Positions 1 through 12,510 of a stretch of DNA of 64,000 nt are shown here, piece by piece. The translations under genes were made by a program, and so were the position numbers. The notes below the pieces were generated by a model. The model did no database searches, was not told where the DNA came from, and was given only the letters and a program-made list of their open reading frames with translations. This stretch comes from Octopus sinensis (Eukaryota). Where the stretch lies: positions 75,950,001 through 76,014,000 of the forward strand of contig NC_043008.1 in assembly GCF_006345805.1 (NCBI RefSeq), read 5' to 3'. Positions within the stretch are counted from its first letter, which is position 1. Every line of letters starts with the position of its first letter.

Positions 1-1355
1 ACAGCAACATCCTTGAAAACTAAATTAAATGTAGCGGAACATTCTAGAGAATCGGGTTGGATAACATAAGTCAATTGCGTGTGAAATATTAGAATCTCTA
101 AATACTATACAGAGCCAGCTAATAAACGATCCCATAATGTTTCATGAGTTATTTGTTGAGGTACAAAGAGAAGATTAAGTAAAGTTTGAGAAAAGTGGAA
201 TTTGATCCATTGAATCGTCAAACTTGGTATAGGTGTCACAGTTTCAAGAGAAGAACTGTCTTTGGAATATACCCACCTCTAAAACAAAACATTTTAAAAG
301 TATCCCTCAATTTTTATTATTCAGTGATAAAATGGAGATCATACTCCCCTCAATTATTTTAGTCACTAAGTTTAGGCCGTTGTAATTTCCCGTGTCCTTT
401 CGGTGCTTGTTAGAGAACATTTCAAGCAGCAGCTTATATCCAAAATATACCGCAAAGTTGAACGCATTCTCTCATACATGCCATGTATATGATGCCTGAG
501 CCTCATTCCACCTATATGTTGACTCCTTGTCCAGCAATTGAACTGACGTCCCCCAAGCGTACTGAAACATGTAACTCTCTTCAATCTATGCGAAACGTTA
601 TATAGCAGAACTAGCAAACCGAATAAAGAGTGCCACTCTGGCAATATTTTTCTTGCAATAACTATTTCAATTGGATAACATATATTTTAAATTCAGTTAC
701 ATTGAACAGAAACATTCCAATATTGATCATTTGAATTCATTCAAATTACATCGATTTCTTTTGATTATCTCTTTAGCCTATTACAGGTTTTGTACGTATA
801 TTTGAACTACTACTACAACTACTACTACTGCTGCTGCTGCTGCTACTACCACTACTACTACTACCTACTACTACTACTACTTGCGTATTCATTTTAATTA
901 AAATAAGTAGTCGAATCTTGGCGACAAACAATTCTTAAAGGGGTTGATGTGAAAATTATGAAGCGATTTTTTTTATACCTCAGCGAATGTCTTCAAAACA
1001 TGCTTTATCCTTCCTCGTTTTCTATATATTATACATCATTAATGATGATAATAGAATTTTAAATTTTTACGTTCAACTCTTCTAATGAATAATTGTTCAA
1101 AGAATAACTACCTCCACTCTCCCTTATTGTCATTAATTGTATGTGAATGTGCATGCAAGTGTGTGTGTATATATAAGAAAGAAGAAAACAAAGGACCACT
1201 GATGCGGTCACAGGAGTGTGACGAAAGAACTCTGGCCGAAATAAGATTAAGATTAATGTAAAAAATAAATAACACTGAAGCAAAATAACACCAAATATAT
1301 AGTGCGTGTGTTTTTATTGGCTAAACTGGCAATATGACCATTCCGAAATATAACA

Positions 1356-1360
<5 letters not shown>

Positions 1361-1434
<74 letters not shown>
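1361..1434. repeat. (TA)n microsatellite
   Basis: Direct dinucleotide run; source of the spurious YI-repeat ORFs. Confidence 0.95.
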
Positions 1435-1449
<15 letters not shown>

Positions 1450-4400
1450 TGTGTCTGTACGTATATGTATATATGCATACATGTGAGTATATATGTACAG
1501 ACACACATGGGTTTGAATGTATTATTTGTAATCATGGTAATTACTATTTAAAAGTGTGTGCAGTTTCTTTTTGTTGTAGATTTCATTCCCCACATATATT
1601 TCTACTTTGCACTTGTATATCTCCATCACCCTGTCTGGGTCTCTTTGTTTCTCCCTTTCTCTTCCTCTTTATATCTTCTGATTCCCTTGCTCTTTTAGAA
1701 ATGCCCTTACTTGTCACCCATGTTTGTAGTGACTGATTTATTAATCCTGATGCTATTTCATTCATTTGCTCTTAAATGTAATAATCATTGTTATTTTTGC
1801 ATTTCTGTTGCAGTTTTCGTACGGAAATGTAATATATCCTGTATAGTTTGGTTTATTTCCTCTCGTTATACTGTCTGAATTAATACGAACAGCGTTATAG
1901 TAATTCTATAACCTGCACAACCTTCTGATGAACCTCATGGGAGTTGATATAATTCAAAGAAATCTGCGAATTTACGATATTTCTGCTGATGATTTATGCG
2001 TTTCCAATGTGTTCTACTATTTCTGACAAGTCACAATGGATTATTTCAACATATCCATTTTGCCATTAGCTTTATTAGCCGTGAATTGTTTGCTGATGGG
2101 TTCACGATTTAAAATAGTTGTCTTCGCTTAGCTTTATCGCTGAAATAGTGTCTCGGCACTATGATTGCCAGATCAACTATCCAGAATTTTATTTACATAT
2201 GCGATGTGATGTCCAGTACACTCACACTTTCGAACTAACAGAGTCCGTATAACTTTCTAGTTAGATATAAACATATATATATATATTTGTCTACGTGCGT
2301 TTGTATGTATATATGTATATGTTTGTACTTATATAACCATCATCAAAGGTCATAATCATTTTCATCACTATCATCATCAAATCAAACTTTCTCGAATTTA
2401 TGACCAAGTGCAGCCGTAGTAAAGTAATATAAATGCATGTCTTATGAGCCCTTCAACCCTTTTCCACCTCTGACGAGATCATGAATATGCGTATGCAAAA
2501 CTGTATGTTCCTCTAATACCCACTGAGCTAAACGACGTACACTCATTCCCGTTGTTTACTCTAAATATCTATTGTGGTTATCTGTTACCTCTTGAATCTT
2601 GAACTTTACTGATGCTACCCGTTTTCCGATATCATTCACCTCCAGAAATTGACCATGAAATTTTAATGTTTGGTATAAGAATGCCTCCAAAGTATTCTCA
2701 GTTTCCTTTTGCTTCAGTACTGTTCGTCGTTCAATCAATGATATTCTCAACAATCGTCTCCAAAGTCATATATCAAATGTGACTAATTTTTTTATCTGGT
2801 TTGTTAGTTGTCTAGTATTCACTTCCACGTAACATTATTGCATACATCAATGGCTGTAATAATCTCCTCTTTGTTCTACGTCCTTATTCTTTATATTTAA
2901 TAATTCACTATAGTAGCTTTATGGTCTTTCAAAATTGGTGTATAATATAACAATGTATATTTTCATCATTCACTATATTTGTTGCTTTTAAAGTCGTTTC
3001 ATACTTGAATATTGTTGTTTTTGTGCGCGTATATAGGCGTTTGAACAAGTATATAAATATATGGCTTTGTATGAGAAAATCGTGAACAATGAAAGGATTC
3101 ATAAACCTACTGACATTTCACCAGTGCATCAAGAAATTTAATAAACTAAATTTAATAAATTACATATAGTTATAATGTCTTGCTGTTATTTCAATGATTT
3201 TAACATTTGCACAAAATAGATGCAGACCAAATTATATATTTAATTATTATTACGCTATTGTCTAACTTACAATATGTTAGATGAGATTAATTTCTATTAT
3301 GTCTTCTATAATACTTTCCTTCATATATTACACGTACATATTCATGAAAATATATCGGTTGCTTTATCTGATACCCATATTTGTATATTCAGATGTTTCA
3401 AGAAATTCTTACACCATGTTATGAATATCAACAGTGTCACTTTTATTCTGAACAGTTTGTATTTAACATGATTACTTATAAATATTCAAACGTGGGAAAA
3501 TATAAAGACATATTCAGATCCCACCTCATTGATATTAATTGCTGTTTGTTTTAACATCACTGGTATACAAGAAATCCAAGTTTGCTCTGTTTTAAACAAG
3601 TTTATTATTGAAGAGGTATAGAGTCTCGGTGTTGGTGAACTGCAATTGAGTAGGAGTTGTTTTGATCTGTGTAATGTGTAATCTTGATTTTAATGTGCGT
3701 TAATTTGCAAATACTTATTAATTGTTTGCTACCCTTTTTCTCTTGATAGCCATATGTGCATCTCTGATTGCATTAAAAATTGAATTACTCTTTGATGAGA
3801 TTCATAAGTCTACTTCACTGACAATTTTAAGAGCAAACTATCTCAAATTCTCACATATTAATATCCGGCAAATTCCCTATAGATAATACATATTCCTAAA
3901 AGCAGAGTGCAATTATTCAAATTTATTTTGGCTTCATTTCAACTGGTGGCTTTCTGGTTAAATGCCACAAATAATTCCAGGGCCTCGCTTCAAAACTTCT
4001 GTTGTGAGGCTTTCACGAAATTTCTGAATAAGTTTATGATTTCAAAATTTTATAGCAACCAAATGTTCTTATACTCTAAGCTTCTGCAATTTCTATATAT
4101 TTATGTGAAACGTATACGTCACTCGCAAAAAAATATGAGAGTTTCATTATAATTTGTAATTTTTCTGTGATATAATGACTATCGCATCCGTTGACAAAAT
4201 GTAATAAATCACACTACAAAACAATTATTCGTCAACTGTACTATACTATATTCCCACACAATTCGTATTCCACTGAACTACACTATACACAAACCAAGTC
4301 ATCCCTTCTTCAACCGTAGTTTACCAACAAACACCAGAGGAACTAGTGGTCAATAGTACTATAATACATACACGCACACAAGGAAATAGCCATTAGTTTA

Positions 4401-5385
4401 CAATGCTATACAACATACATTGAAGCGACTATTCGATAACTGTAGTTTACCACACATCATAAACATCCGTTTTAAAGTAAATCAGTAAATACATTCATTG
4501 ATATTTTAAATCAAATTTTTGACATGAATATTTGCCTTCGATTTAATTTGTCATATATTCTCTCATCAGCGTTTCACGAACGTATTCTGCACATGTATCT
4601 ATTCCTTAAACTATAGTTGAACAAGGTTTGAACTACATGGGGAGAGTAGCTTTTCTCACTTTTCGTTTTAAGCACTGTTATGTGGTCGTTCATTTAAAAC
4701 TCTGTCATTTACATGATATTTTAGCAATATTGTAAACTACAGTGTCTACTTCTTGCTCTGAATACTGTTAATGTTGAAACCTTCTCTGACATTTGCAGAA
4801 GCGACACAACCGAACTGTCGATCCGTTTACTCCATGCTTTCGACAAATAACCCAGTAGATATGCTCAAAATAATTTTCTTTTTATATTACAGAATTTGCT
4901 GTGGCTTTAAACACCAAATACACTTATGATCTAAACAAATGGAAGACATTGCAAGGAACACATTGCGAATTAAGAAAAACATAGAAAGCTGCATATCTCT
5001 TGCATAACATAATGTATGAATCCAATCTTATCGCCTTTTACACAGCAGTAAAAATATAAATCTGAGATTTACAAGACATAAATAACTCAATGCATAAAAA
5101 AACGTGTATTAATATTCCTACTTTAGAAAAGCATTCTTTGTGCAACTGCTTAGAAGTAGCTTATAAGTTAGAGGATATTTCTAACATTACTCGCCATTTT
5201 GTCAATATTTTGGAACTGAAAACAGGGGCTGATACTTCTGGAATAAAGTATTTGAATATGAAACAAATCACGAGACAGAAAATAGCTTCCTAATCTTCAA
5301 AGTTAGAAATACAATATGGGTGATAAAATATATTTTGGATATCTGACAAACTGGAAAATGGATAAAGAGTTTTATAAATCAAATC

Positions 5386-5460
<75 letters not shown>

Positions 5461-5483
5461 GCTATCTATCTATCTATCCATCT

Positions 5484-5533
<50 letters not shown>

Positions 5534-5548
5534 CATCCATCTAGCTAG

Positions 5549-5579
<31 letters not shown>

Positions 5580-5680
5580 CCTATCTATCTACCTATCTAC
5601 CTATCTGTCTACCTATCTATCTCTCTTTCTCTCTCTCTCTCTATACATTGTGTGTGTATGTATGTATGTATGTATGCATA

Positions 5681-5748
<68 letters not shown>

Positions 5749-5790
5749 TATGCATACATACATACACACACAAACACACACACACACACC
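5386..5790. repeat. Compound microsatellite (TATC)n-(TC)n-(TATG)n-(TA)n-(CA)n
   Basis: Directly visible simple repeats. Confidence 0.95.
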
Positions 5791-6194
5791 AACAATACAT
5801 TCCAGCGTTGCCCAGGTGTTATGACTTACAATCACATTGAATTATTTGTTTCTGTCTTATGGGCAGAATCACCAGACGAGGTGTGTGATGCAAACAACTC
5901 TTCTTTATAAACGTGTTTTTCGTTCATTTTGTGATGATCAATGCTGAAATTGTTGACACCAAAAACATGTTTAATGGCAACTTAGATTAGAATGGAATCC
6001 TAATATTGCCCCGAAAATGACCTAGACTTATGGATTTAAAGAGTTGGATGATGTATGAGGACGTAGAGGTATCCGCATTGCAGAAAGTAAGATACATGGA
6101 AAGAAAGCTGCTTCAATGGGAAAAGCACCATCTCTGTAATATTTGGGCAGACTACACTCTTCAACGTATGTTAAGTGAAACTGACAATGTTTCT

Positions 6195-6562
6195 GGGTAA
6201 ACAATGTTGTGCATAAGCCAAGTATTGATAGAATAACTATATAAGTCATCTGCATTGCTAACTCGAGAGCATGCGACATATAGTTGTCCATGAAAAAAGC
6301 AGGGTATTTGTAAATTGAAACCCACATTTTTAAAGTTTGACCCGGGGCTTTGTTGATTGTCACAGCGAAGCGTAATCGCACTGGGAACTGAAGGTGCTTG
6401 AACTGGAATGAAACAGTTAAGGGAATAAGGGGTATGCGTGGAATGTATGCGATCTCTCCTCGATGACAGCCGACAATAATAGTTGCTTGTAGGACATGAC
6501 TTATCATTGTAGTTATAGTCAATATTGTACTATTGCATAGTCGTGGTGGGTCGAAGTTCCCC
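6195..6562 (-). mobile_element. Helitron RepHel remnant (C-terminus of Pif1-like helicase)
   Basis: Translation LCNSTIL...IPRIPLIP...FKHLQFPVRLRFAVTINKAPGQTLK, then after a frameshift FFHGQLYVACSRV; matches the Helitron helicase motifs LCNGTRL / QFPVRLAFAMTINKSQGQTL / HGQLYVA.SRV. Confidence 0.9.
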
Positions 6563-6566
6563 TTGT

Positions 6567-6977
6567 TCCTCCTGGGGCTACAAGCTACAGCAGCATTCAC
6601 CCTTAAGGGTTAGCCACATTTAATTGGCAAATATACTTCAGGATGTCGTGCAGCTACTATTTATAGCTCTATCAGAGATTTATTATTGCTTGTTTACACT
6701 TTTTCGATATCAATGACTTTTCGTCACTGGAAAAAGGATATATATTTTCAAGGGGAACACATTTTTCATCGACAATCGGTGATTGTCTCACGCTGATGAC
6801 GGGTCAATACCCAGAAACTTGAGTCCGTGTGTATCATGTCAGATTGAAGATGGGAAATACTCATAGGGCACAGAATTGTGTCAATAGCCAGCTAGAGGAA
6901 GTGTCCTCTTGGGGCTACAAGCTACAGTAGCAACCACCCTGAAGGGTTAGTCACATTTAAGTGGTAAATATACTTCA

Positions 6978-6981
<4 letters not shown>
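6567..6981 (+). mobile_element. Retrozyme-like partial tandem repeat (337-bp period) carrying a hammerhead ribozyme
   Basis: An ~78-bp block (tcctc.tggggctacaagctacag...aaatatacttca.gat) occurs at 6567-6644 and 6904-6981, with an HHR motif between the two and no element ORF. Confidence 0.7.
6789..6829 (+). ncRNA. Minimal type I hammerhead ribozyme
   Basis: CACG-CTGATGA-c-GGGT caat ACCC-a-GAAAC ttga GTC-CGTG: stem I CACG/CGTG, intact core boxes, stem II GGGT/ACCC, short stem III, GUC site ending at 6825. Confidence 0.8.
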
Positions 6982-7012
<31 letters not shown>

Positions 7013-7031
7013 TACATATATGGGTGTGAGC

Positions 7032-7104
<73 letters not shown>

Positions 7105-7370
7105 AACATATCTATTTAAGCTTCTCTTTTACTAAACGCCCTAGAAAAATATATTCTTCTATTCTTACTCTACAACCCTAATATACATTACTTTCCTTCC
7201 CTTTCTAAGGTATATACCATGTTTTATAGTATGTTCTTTATGCATACATTTTATCAGTTTACGGTTTGCAGTCGCATACTCTACATGCAGGAATTGAACA
7301 CCAATTTTGTATATCTCAAACTACCTCTGTCCAGATTCGACTTTCAAATAATTTTTAAATTTATTAATTA

Positions 7371-7408
7371 ATTTCCTGAAGGTCCAGATATGAAACAGCT
7401 GTAAGAGA
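7371..7408 (+). ncRNA. Degenerate minimal hammerhead remnant
   Basis: CTGAAGG...GAAAC AGCT GTA; 3' half shared with the HHRs at 40014 and 40248; stem II is broken. Confidence 0.4.
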
Positions 7409-7623
7409 TGTCATTTGTTATATTTACAAAACATGATTTATTAATTACATCTCTATTTTCCTTAGCTTATTTAATTTAATAAATATATATAAACCACGGT
7501 TTATATAGTTACCTTACAGTTGAATATTAATTGTAATGCCCAACATTCTTTGTATTGGCAACTAACCAGTACTTGCATTGGACTTTACTATCCTTTAACG
7601 ATGTTTATGATATTTAAATGAAT

Positions 7624-7657
<34 letters not shown>

Positions 7658-7729
7658 ATATATGAAAGAAGGTTTGAAAATACAATTTTAAAATATGTTT
7701 ATGTACTTTACCGATTTCACTTTTTAGAA

Positions 7730-8026
7730 AAGGCAGCAAATGTCATTTACGCCGTCAGAAATGATAAAAGTCCAAACCACTATTAGGGATAAAACGTCGA
7801 AGGAAATGAAAAGTAAAAACATATACCATCTATGTCCTGGACAATGGTTTCTAACATTTTTTAGCAAATAAAATAATAATTATTTTATTTGCTGAAAAAT
7901 TTCAGAAACCATGGGCCAGAATTTAGATGGTATATGTTCTTATTTTTCATTCCCTTCGAAGTTTTATCCCTAATAGTGGTTTGGACTTTTATCAATTCTG
8001 ACGGCGTAAATGACATTTGCTGCCTT
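7730..8026. repeat. Long inverted repeat (~145-bp arms, centre ~7878)
   Basis: aaggcagcaaatgtcatttacgccgtcag...gcaaataaaataat is mirrored by attattttatttgc...ctgacggcgtaaatgacatttgctgcctt with scattered mismatches; the right arm abuts the Tc1 remnant. Confidence 0.9.
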
Positions 8027-8655
8027 CGGGCAACTAACTCTTCTGCATTGCGTACATAAATCCTGTCATTCTGCCTGTTGATAACTACCACCACGGTGAA
8101 GACCTTTTCGAGGGACCGGATCAACACTTTGTTATCGGTGCAATTCTCAGCTAACATGGTTTTTGTCTCCATCGAGTCATTAATTGCCGGGATTGTTTCT
8201 TATATGCAGTTAGCTTTAAATCCTCCTAAAAATCCTTTGCATTGACGATTTCGAAATATCAAAAGCTGTTGCAGTTTTTCTTGCACTCCTGCGGGAATTT
8301 CAGTTCACTCGCTGCTCCACAGCTTCAATAGTTTGTTTGGTATGAATTGATTGCTTTCTACTTAGAATTGGCTTGCTAGAGGTCTTAGCCAACTGAATAC
8401 ATCGTTTCTAGGTATTGAACAACTGCTTTGTTATGTATTTTTTGCTTGCTCCAGCTGTTTTCAAAGCGACGATCTAGTCATGTTTCGATTTCGACGCCAT
8501 ATTTGTTTGCTAATATGTAATAGACGAACGAAACGGCAGACACGTTAAAAAAGACATATGCAAACCTTTATGAAAAATGTAGATAATATTACCTAAAACG
8601 ATATTCTTTATGAAGAATTTTAAGCATGGTTAAATCTTTCTGGAACACCATATAC
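8027..8655 (-). mobile_element. Tc1/mariner-superfamily transposase remnant (5' half)
   Basis: EKVFTVVVVINRQNDRIY resembles the (FSD)EK.F.V....N.QNDR.Y motif after the first catalytic Asp; TIR-like end TATATGGTGTTCCAGAAAG at ~8637-8655. Confidence 0.7.
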
Positions 8656-8911
8656 ATATATACAAGCAAGTGAACCAAGAAAGATAGTAGTATTCAGTGT
8701 AATGGATTGAATTCAGGTGTATTTAATGACAGATTAACTCATCTCCCACTTACTAAAAGGTACGTGTACACGCAGGACGAGTCTGACTCATTATATGTCC
8801 GAACGCATTGACGGACAATAGGAACACGTCCTACTCGCCCACGAAACACCAAATTATGTGAGACAAACTGTTGTTAAATATATGTACGTATGTTTGGTAT
8901 GTGGAGAGATG

Positions 8912-9890
8912 TATTAGGTTGGAAAGTAATCTCTGTTACGTTGTCACATATTCAATTTAAGTCTACTTTTCCAATATTGAAATTAATACTTTTCTTTCTT
9001 CTACTGCTTATATCTTTTGTTTTGCCCTTGTAAAATCACGTGATATTAGACTCATATTAGATATTGTCTACTCTAGGAATGCAAAAGCGGCAATTCTGCA
9101 ATGGAAACGGCGAGAAATATTCATTGTCAATGGAAATTATACTTCAATCCCCTTCACCTGTCAAAGATGGGCGAACTGTTCTATATGGGAAATTATTCTG
9201 CCGCAGATTACCTGCAATTCGGACGGCCAACCTTTGTTAATATGATGCCACTGAAAACCGTAGCTGACGAAAATCGAAAGGAAGTTGCTCAGGAATTAGT
9301 AAACCAATTCGACCCCATTCACACAACGATTATAATAAACATTCATGAATAAGGAAACATATTTAAACTTGGTCAGTGTTTCCCTTCTAATCTGGCTGAT
9401 TCTCAGAATTATCAGATTAATCCGCTGCATATCAGGGAAGAATACACAGGTTAACGACCCGTGTGTATATAGAATCATCCAAAAGTGATGAATAATATCT
9501 TTTCTATAATCATGCCCAATGATAATGACAATGGTTAGCACTCAATGAAAAAGAAAGTCTATCGCCAAACAAAGTCTACGAAAAGTTATCTGTCATAAGG
9601 TTCTGACCAAAACATATAGACCAAAAACATAACGGTTAATGTGAAGTAGTGGATGTGAAGTAATTCTAAGTTTTACACAACAGTTTGTAGAAAATTACCC
9701 ATGATTGTTAAATCGAAAATGGGTGTTTTTCTACACGATAATGCGCATTCATATATTGTCCAAGATATCCAAGAAAGGATTAAGGCGCTAAAGATGAATA
9801 TTTTACAAGCTATCATCTTTTGAGATCCTTGCATCATTATCAAGATGGAAACTAGATTTTATTATGGTTTTAAAATGATATAGATTATTT
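8912..9890 (+). mobile_element. Decayed mariner element
   Basis: TATTAGGTTG TIR-like start; FGRP and VAQEL in the HTH region; VFLHDNAHSY at ~9724 (mariner LHDNARPH motif); many stops and deletions. Confidence 0.7.
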
Positions 9891-10025
9891 CTTTGATTCA
9901 AAATGACAAGAATTTTGCGCTTCAGGGTTCGAAGATATGATAACGAGAAGGAATCATATCACGTTATCAATAATGAAAGAATGACAGATACTCACCTCAT
10001 AGTCCACATTCTTGCAATTTCCTCT

Positions 10026-10182
<157 letters not shown>

Positions 10183-10620
10183 TAAGGCTGCGAGCTGGCA
10201 GAATCATTACCACACCGGGCGAAATGCTTAACGGTATTTTGTCTGCGTTACGTTGTGAGTTCAAATTCCACCGAGGTCGACTTTGCCTTTCATCCTTTCG
10301 GGGTCGATAAATTAAGTACCAGTTACGCACTGGGGTCGATGTAATCGACTTAATACCTATGTCTGTCCTTGTTTGTCCCCTCTATATTTAGCCCCTTGTG
10401 GGTAATAAAGAAATAGGTGTTTTGTCTGCCGCCACGTTCTGAGTTCAAATTCCGCCGAGGTCAACTTTGCCTTTCGTCCTTTCTGAGTCGATTAGATAGG
10501 TACCAGTTACGCCCTGGGATCGATATAATCGACTTAATTCGTTTGTCTGTCCTTGTTTGTCCTCTCTGTGTTTAACCCCTTGTGGGTAGTAAAGAAATAG
10601 GTATTTTGTCTACTGCTAAA
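10183..10620 (+). mobile_element. tRNA-derived SINE (Meta/MESC-like central domain) with tandem-duplicated body
   Basis: A box TGGCAGAATC, B box GAGTTCAAATTC, central GGTCGACTTTGCCTTTCATCCTTTCGGGGTCGATAAATTAAGTACCAG; body repeated from ~10418. Domain name is from recall. Confidence 0.85.
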
Positions 10621-10764
10621 TTCCACAAATTTTTCGCATTTTGGGGTTTATTATGCTCTGGGATCGATGTGCTCGACTTAATCCCATCCTCTAACTTCCA
10701 GGCGTTGAGCCTGCAGTAGAAAGGATTACTATTATTATTATTATTTATTATTATTATTATTATT

Positions 10765-11855
10765 CAGTAGTATATTTTTATAGCGTGCTTTCACTTCACT
10801 ACCGAGCGCAGCTCTGTGTGCCTTGGGTATGTGCTGTGATTTGTTGTGATGCTCTGATGGTTATTGTATGGAAAGTGTTCTGCGTAGGATGTGTGCAGTG
10901 CCTAGTAGTGCAATTTTCTGTATGTTATATGTGTTTGTAAGTCCTGGTGTTTTTGTTATGTATGTGTCTGAATATTTTTTTATCATGCCTAATGCACCTA
11001 CTATAATAGGAATTGTTTCTGTTTTCAGATTCCACATTCTAATTACCTCTATTTCCACGTCTTTGTATTTTGAGAGTTTCTCCATTTCTTTTAGAGACAC
11101 GTTGTCATCAGCCGGTATTGATACATCAATTAGAAAGCATTTTTTTTCTTCATGATCTCTGACAACTATATCTGGTCTGTTGGCCTTAATTTCTCTATCT
11201 GTGTGTATCGGCATATCCCAGAGTATGGTTGCTTTCTCGTTTTCTGTGACCTTTTCTGGTGTGTGCCTATACCATCTTTTTTCTGTTGTTATTCCATAAT
11301 GTTGGCATAGCTTCCAATGTATGTAGGTTCCAACTCTGTCATGTCTGTGAATATATTCCTGCTTAGCCAGGACTGGGCAGCTAGAGATAATATGATTTAT
11401 TGTTTCTTGTCCATCTCCACATATTCTGCAGTTACTTGTGATATTTCTTTTCATTACATGTTTTTGGTAATCCCTCTGTTTCTGCTTTGAGTCCTGAGCT
11501 TCTCAACCATTGGTGGGATTTTTCTTTGTCTATTTCTTTTGCGTTTAGTTTAGTCCTGTATTTACCATGAAGGGGCTTTTCTTGCCATCGTTTTATCATG
11601 GTTCGTTGCTGTTCTATTTTTGTTTTTAGTTTGGATTTCATTTGTTTTATAGCTTTTGTTGTTTCATCATCTTCTTCTTCTTCTTCATGTTTATTAGGTG
11701 GTATGATTTTTTGTTTGTATTTGTCAGCTTCCTTAAATGCTGAGAACAGTTTTTTGTTTTGCTCGTGTTTTGCCGCTATCTGGATTAGTTTTCCTTCCTT
11801 CTGAAGTAGATATTTTTGCAGTCCTATGGTGGTTATTTTATAGTAGTTTTCCAGT
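10765..11855 (-). mobile_element. R4/Dong-like LINE, subfamily B, 5'-truncated
   Basis: WQEKPLHGKY, WLRSSGLKAETEG, CCHC knuckle CRIC..ETINHIISSC, RHD, RPDIVV..LID..K..KY (RLE endonuclease); (TTA)n on both sides. Confidence 0.92.
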
Positions 11856-11860
11856 ATTAA

Positions 11861-11904
<44 letters not shown>

Positions 11905-12004
11905 TATTATTATTATTATTATTATTATTTTTAATATTACTATTATTATTGTTATCATTATTATTAGTATTATTGTTGTTGCTGCTGCTGTTATCCTTTT
12001 TGCT

Positions 12005-12510
12005 GAGTAAGAAACCAGTGCATGCCATCCAATTGGAATAAAATATACGAAGCTCAATATACCCTTCACTACTACCCGCCTGATGAGGGCACACCAGGGA
12101 CTTGCATCACAAACTTATGTGCGTGACGTATTGATTTCATATCAAAATAAACAGCACATGACCTTACAGATGGGACCCAGTGAGAATTTTCTTCATGTTG
12201 AATAGCCCATCCCGCACTAAAGGTCCCTGAATAAGGGTTATTTAAGGATAATGAACAAAACATTCAGAGGTGAATAATTCAAACCACCAACACATTATTA
12301 TGATGCTCCACCGCTACTCCGGCTAGTGACCAGAGATGCACATATTTTATACCACCAAGGGACATGCTCAATCGATTCTGATTATGCAACTGACATGCAA
12401 ATCTGTGGTTTTAAGAAGAATATTTGCTATAGCCCATCTTTTATACCAAGACAAATCAATGTACATGATAACACTTCCAACCAGTAAGATGAAATGAGAG
12501 CCACTGTCTT
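12005..12510 (-). mobile_element. (TAA)n-associated ~557-bp non-coding element, diverged copy
   Basis: Colinear with the copies at 23325, 40629, 41350, 47356, 55874 and 56781. Confidence 0.85.

Noticed and set aside
2484-2530. CTGACGA followed by AAAAC
   Set aside because: No GAAA box or paired stem II.
10868-11155. Plus-strand ORF recurring at 10868, 14926 and 46450
   Set aside because: Antisense shadow of the LINE endonuclease region, repeated only because the element is.
12070-12100. CTGATGA/CTGATAA in the 557-bp element as a hammerhead core
   Set aside because: It lies in the loop of a TACCC/GGGTA hairpin with no stem II-GAAA-UH downstream, and most copies read CTGATAA.
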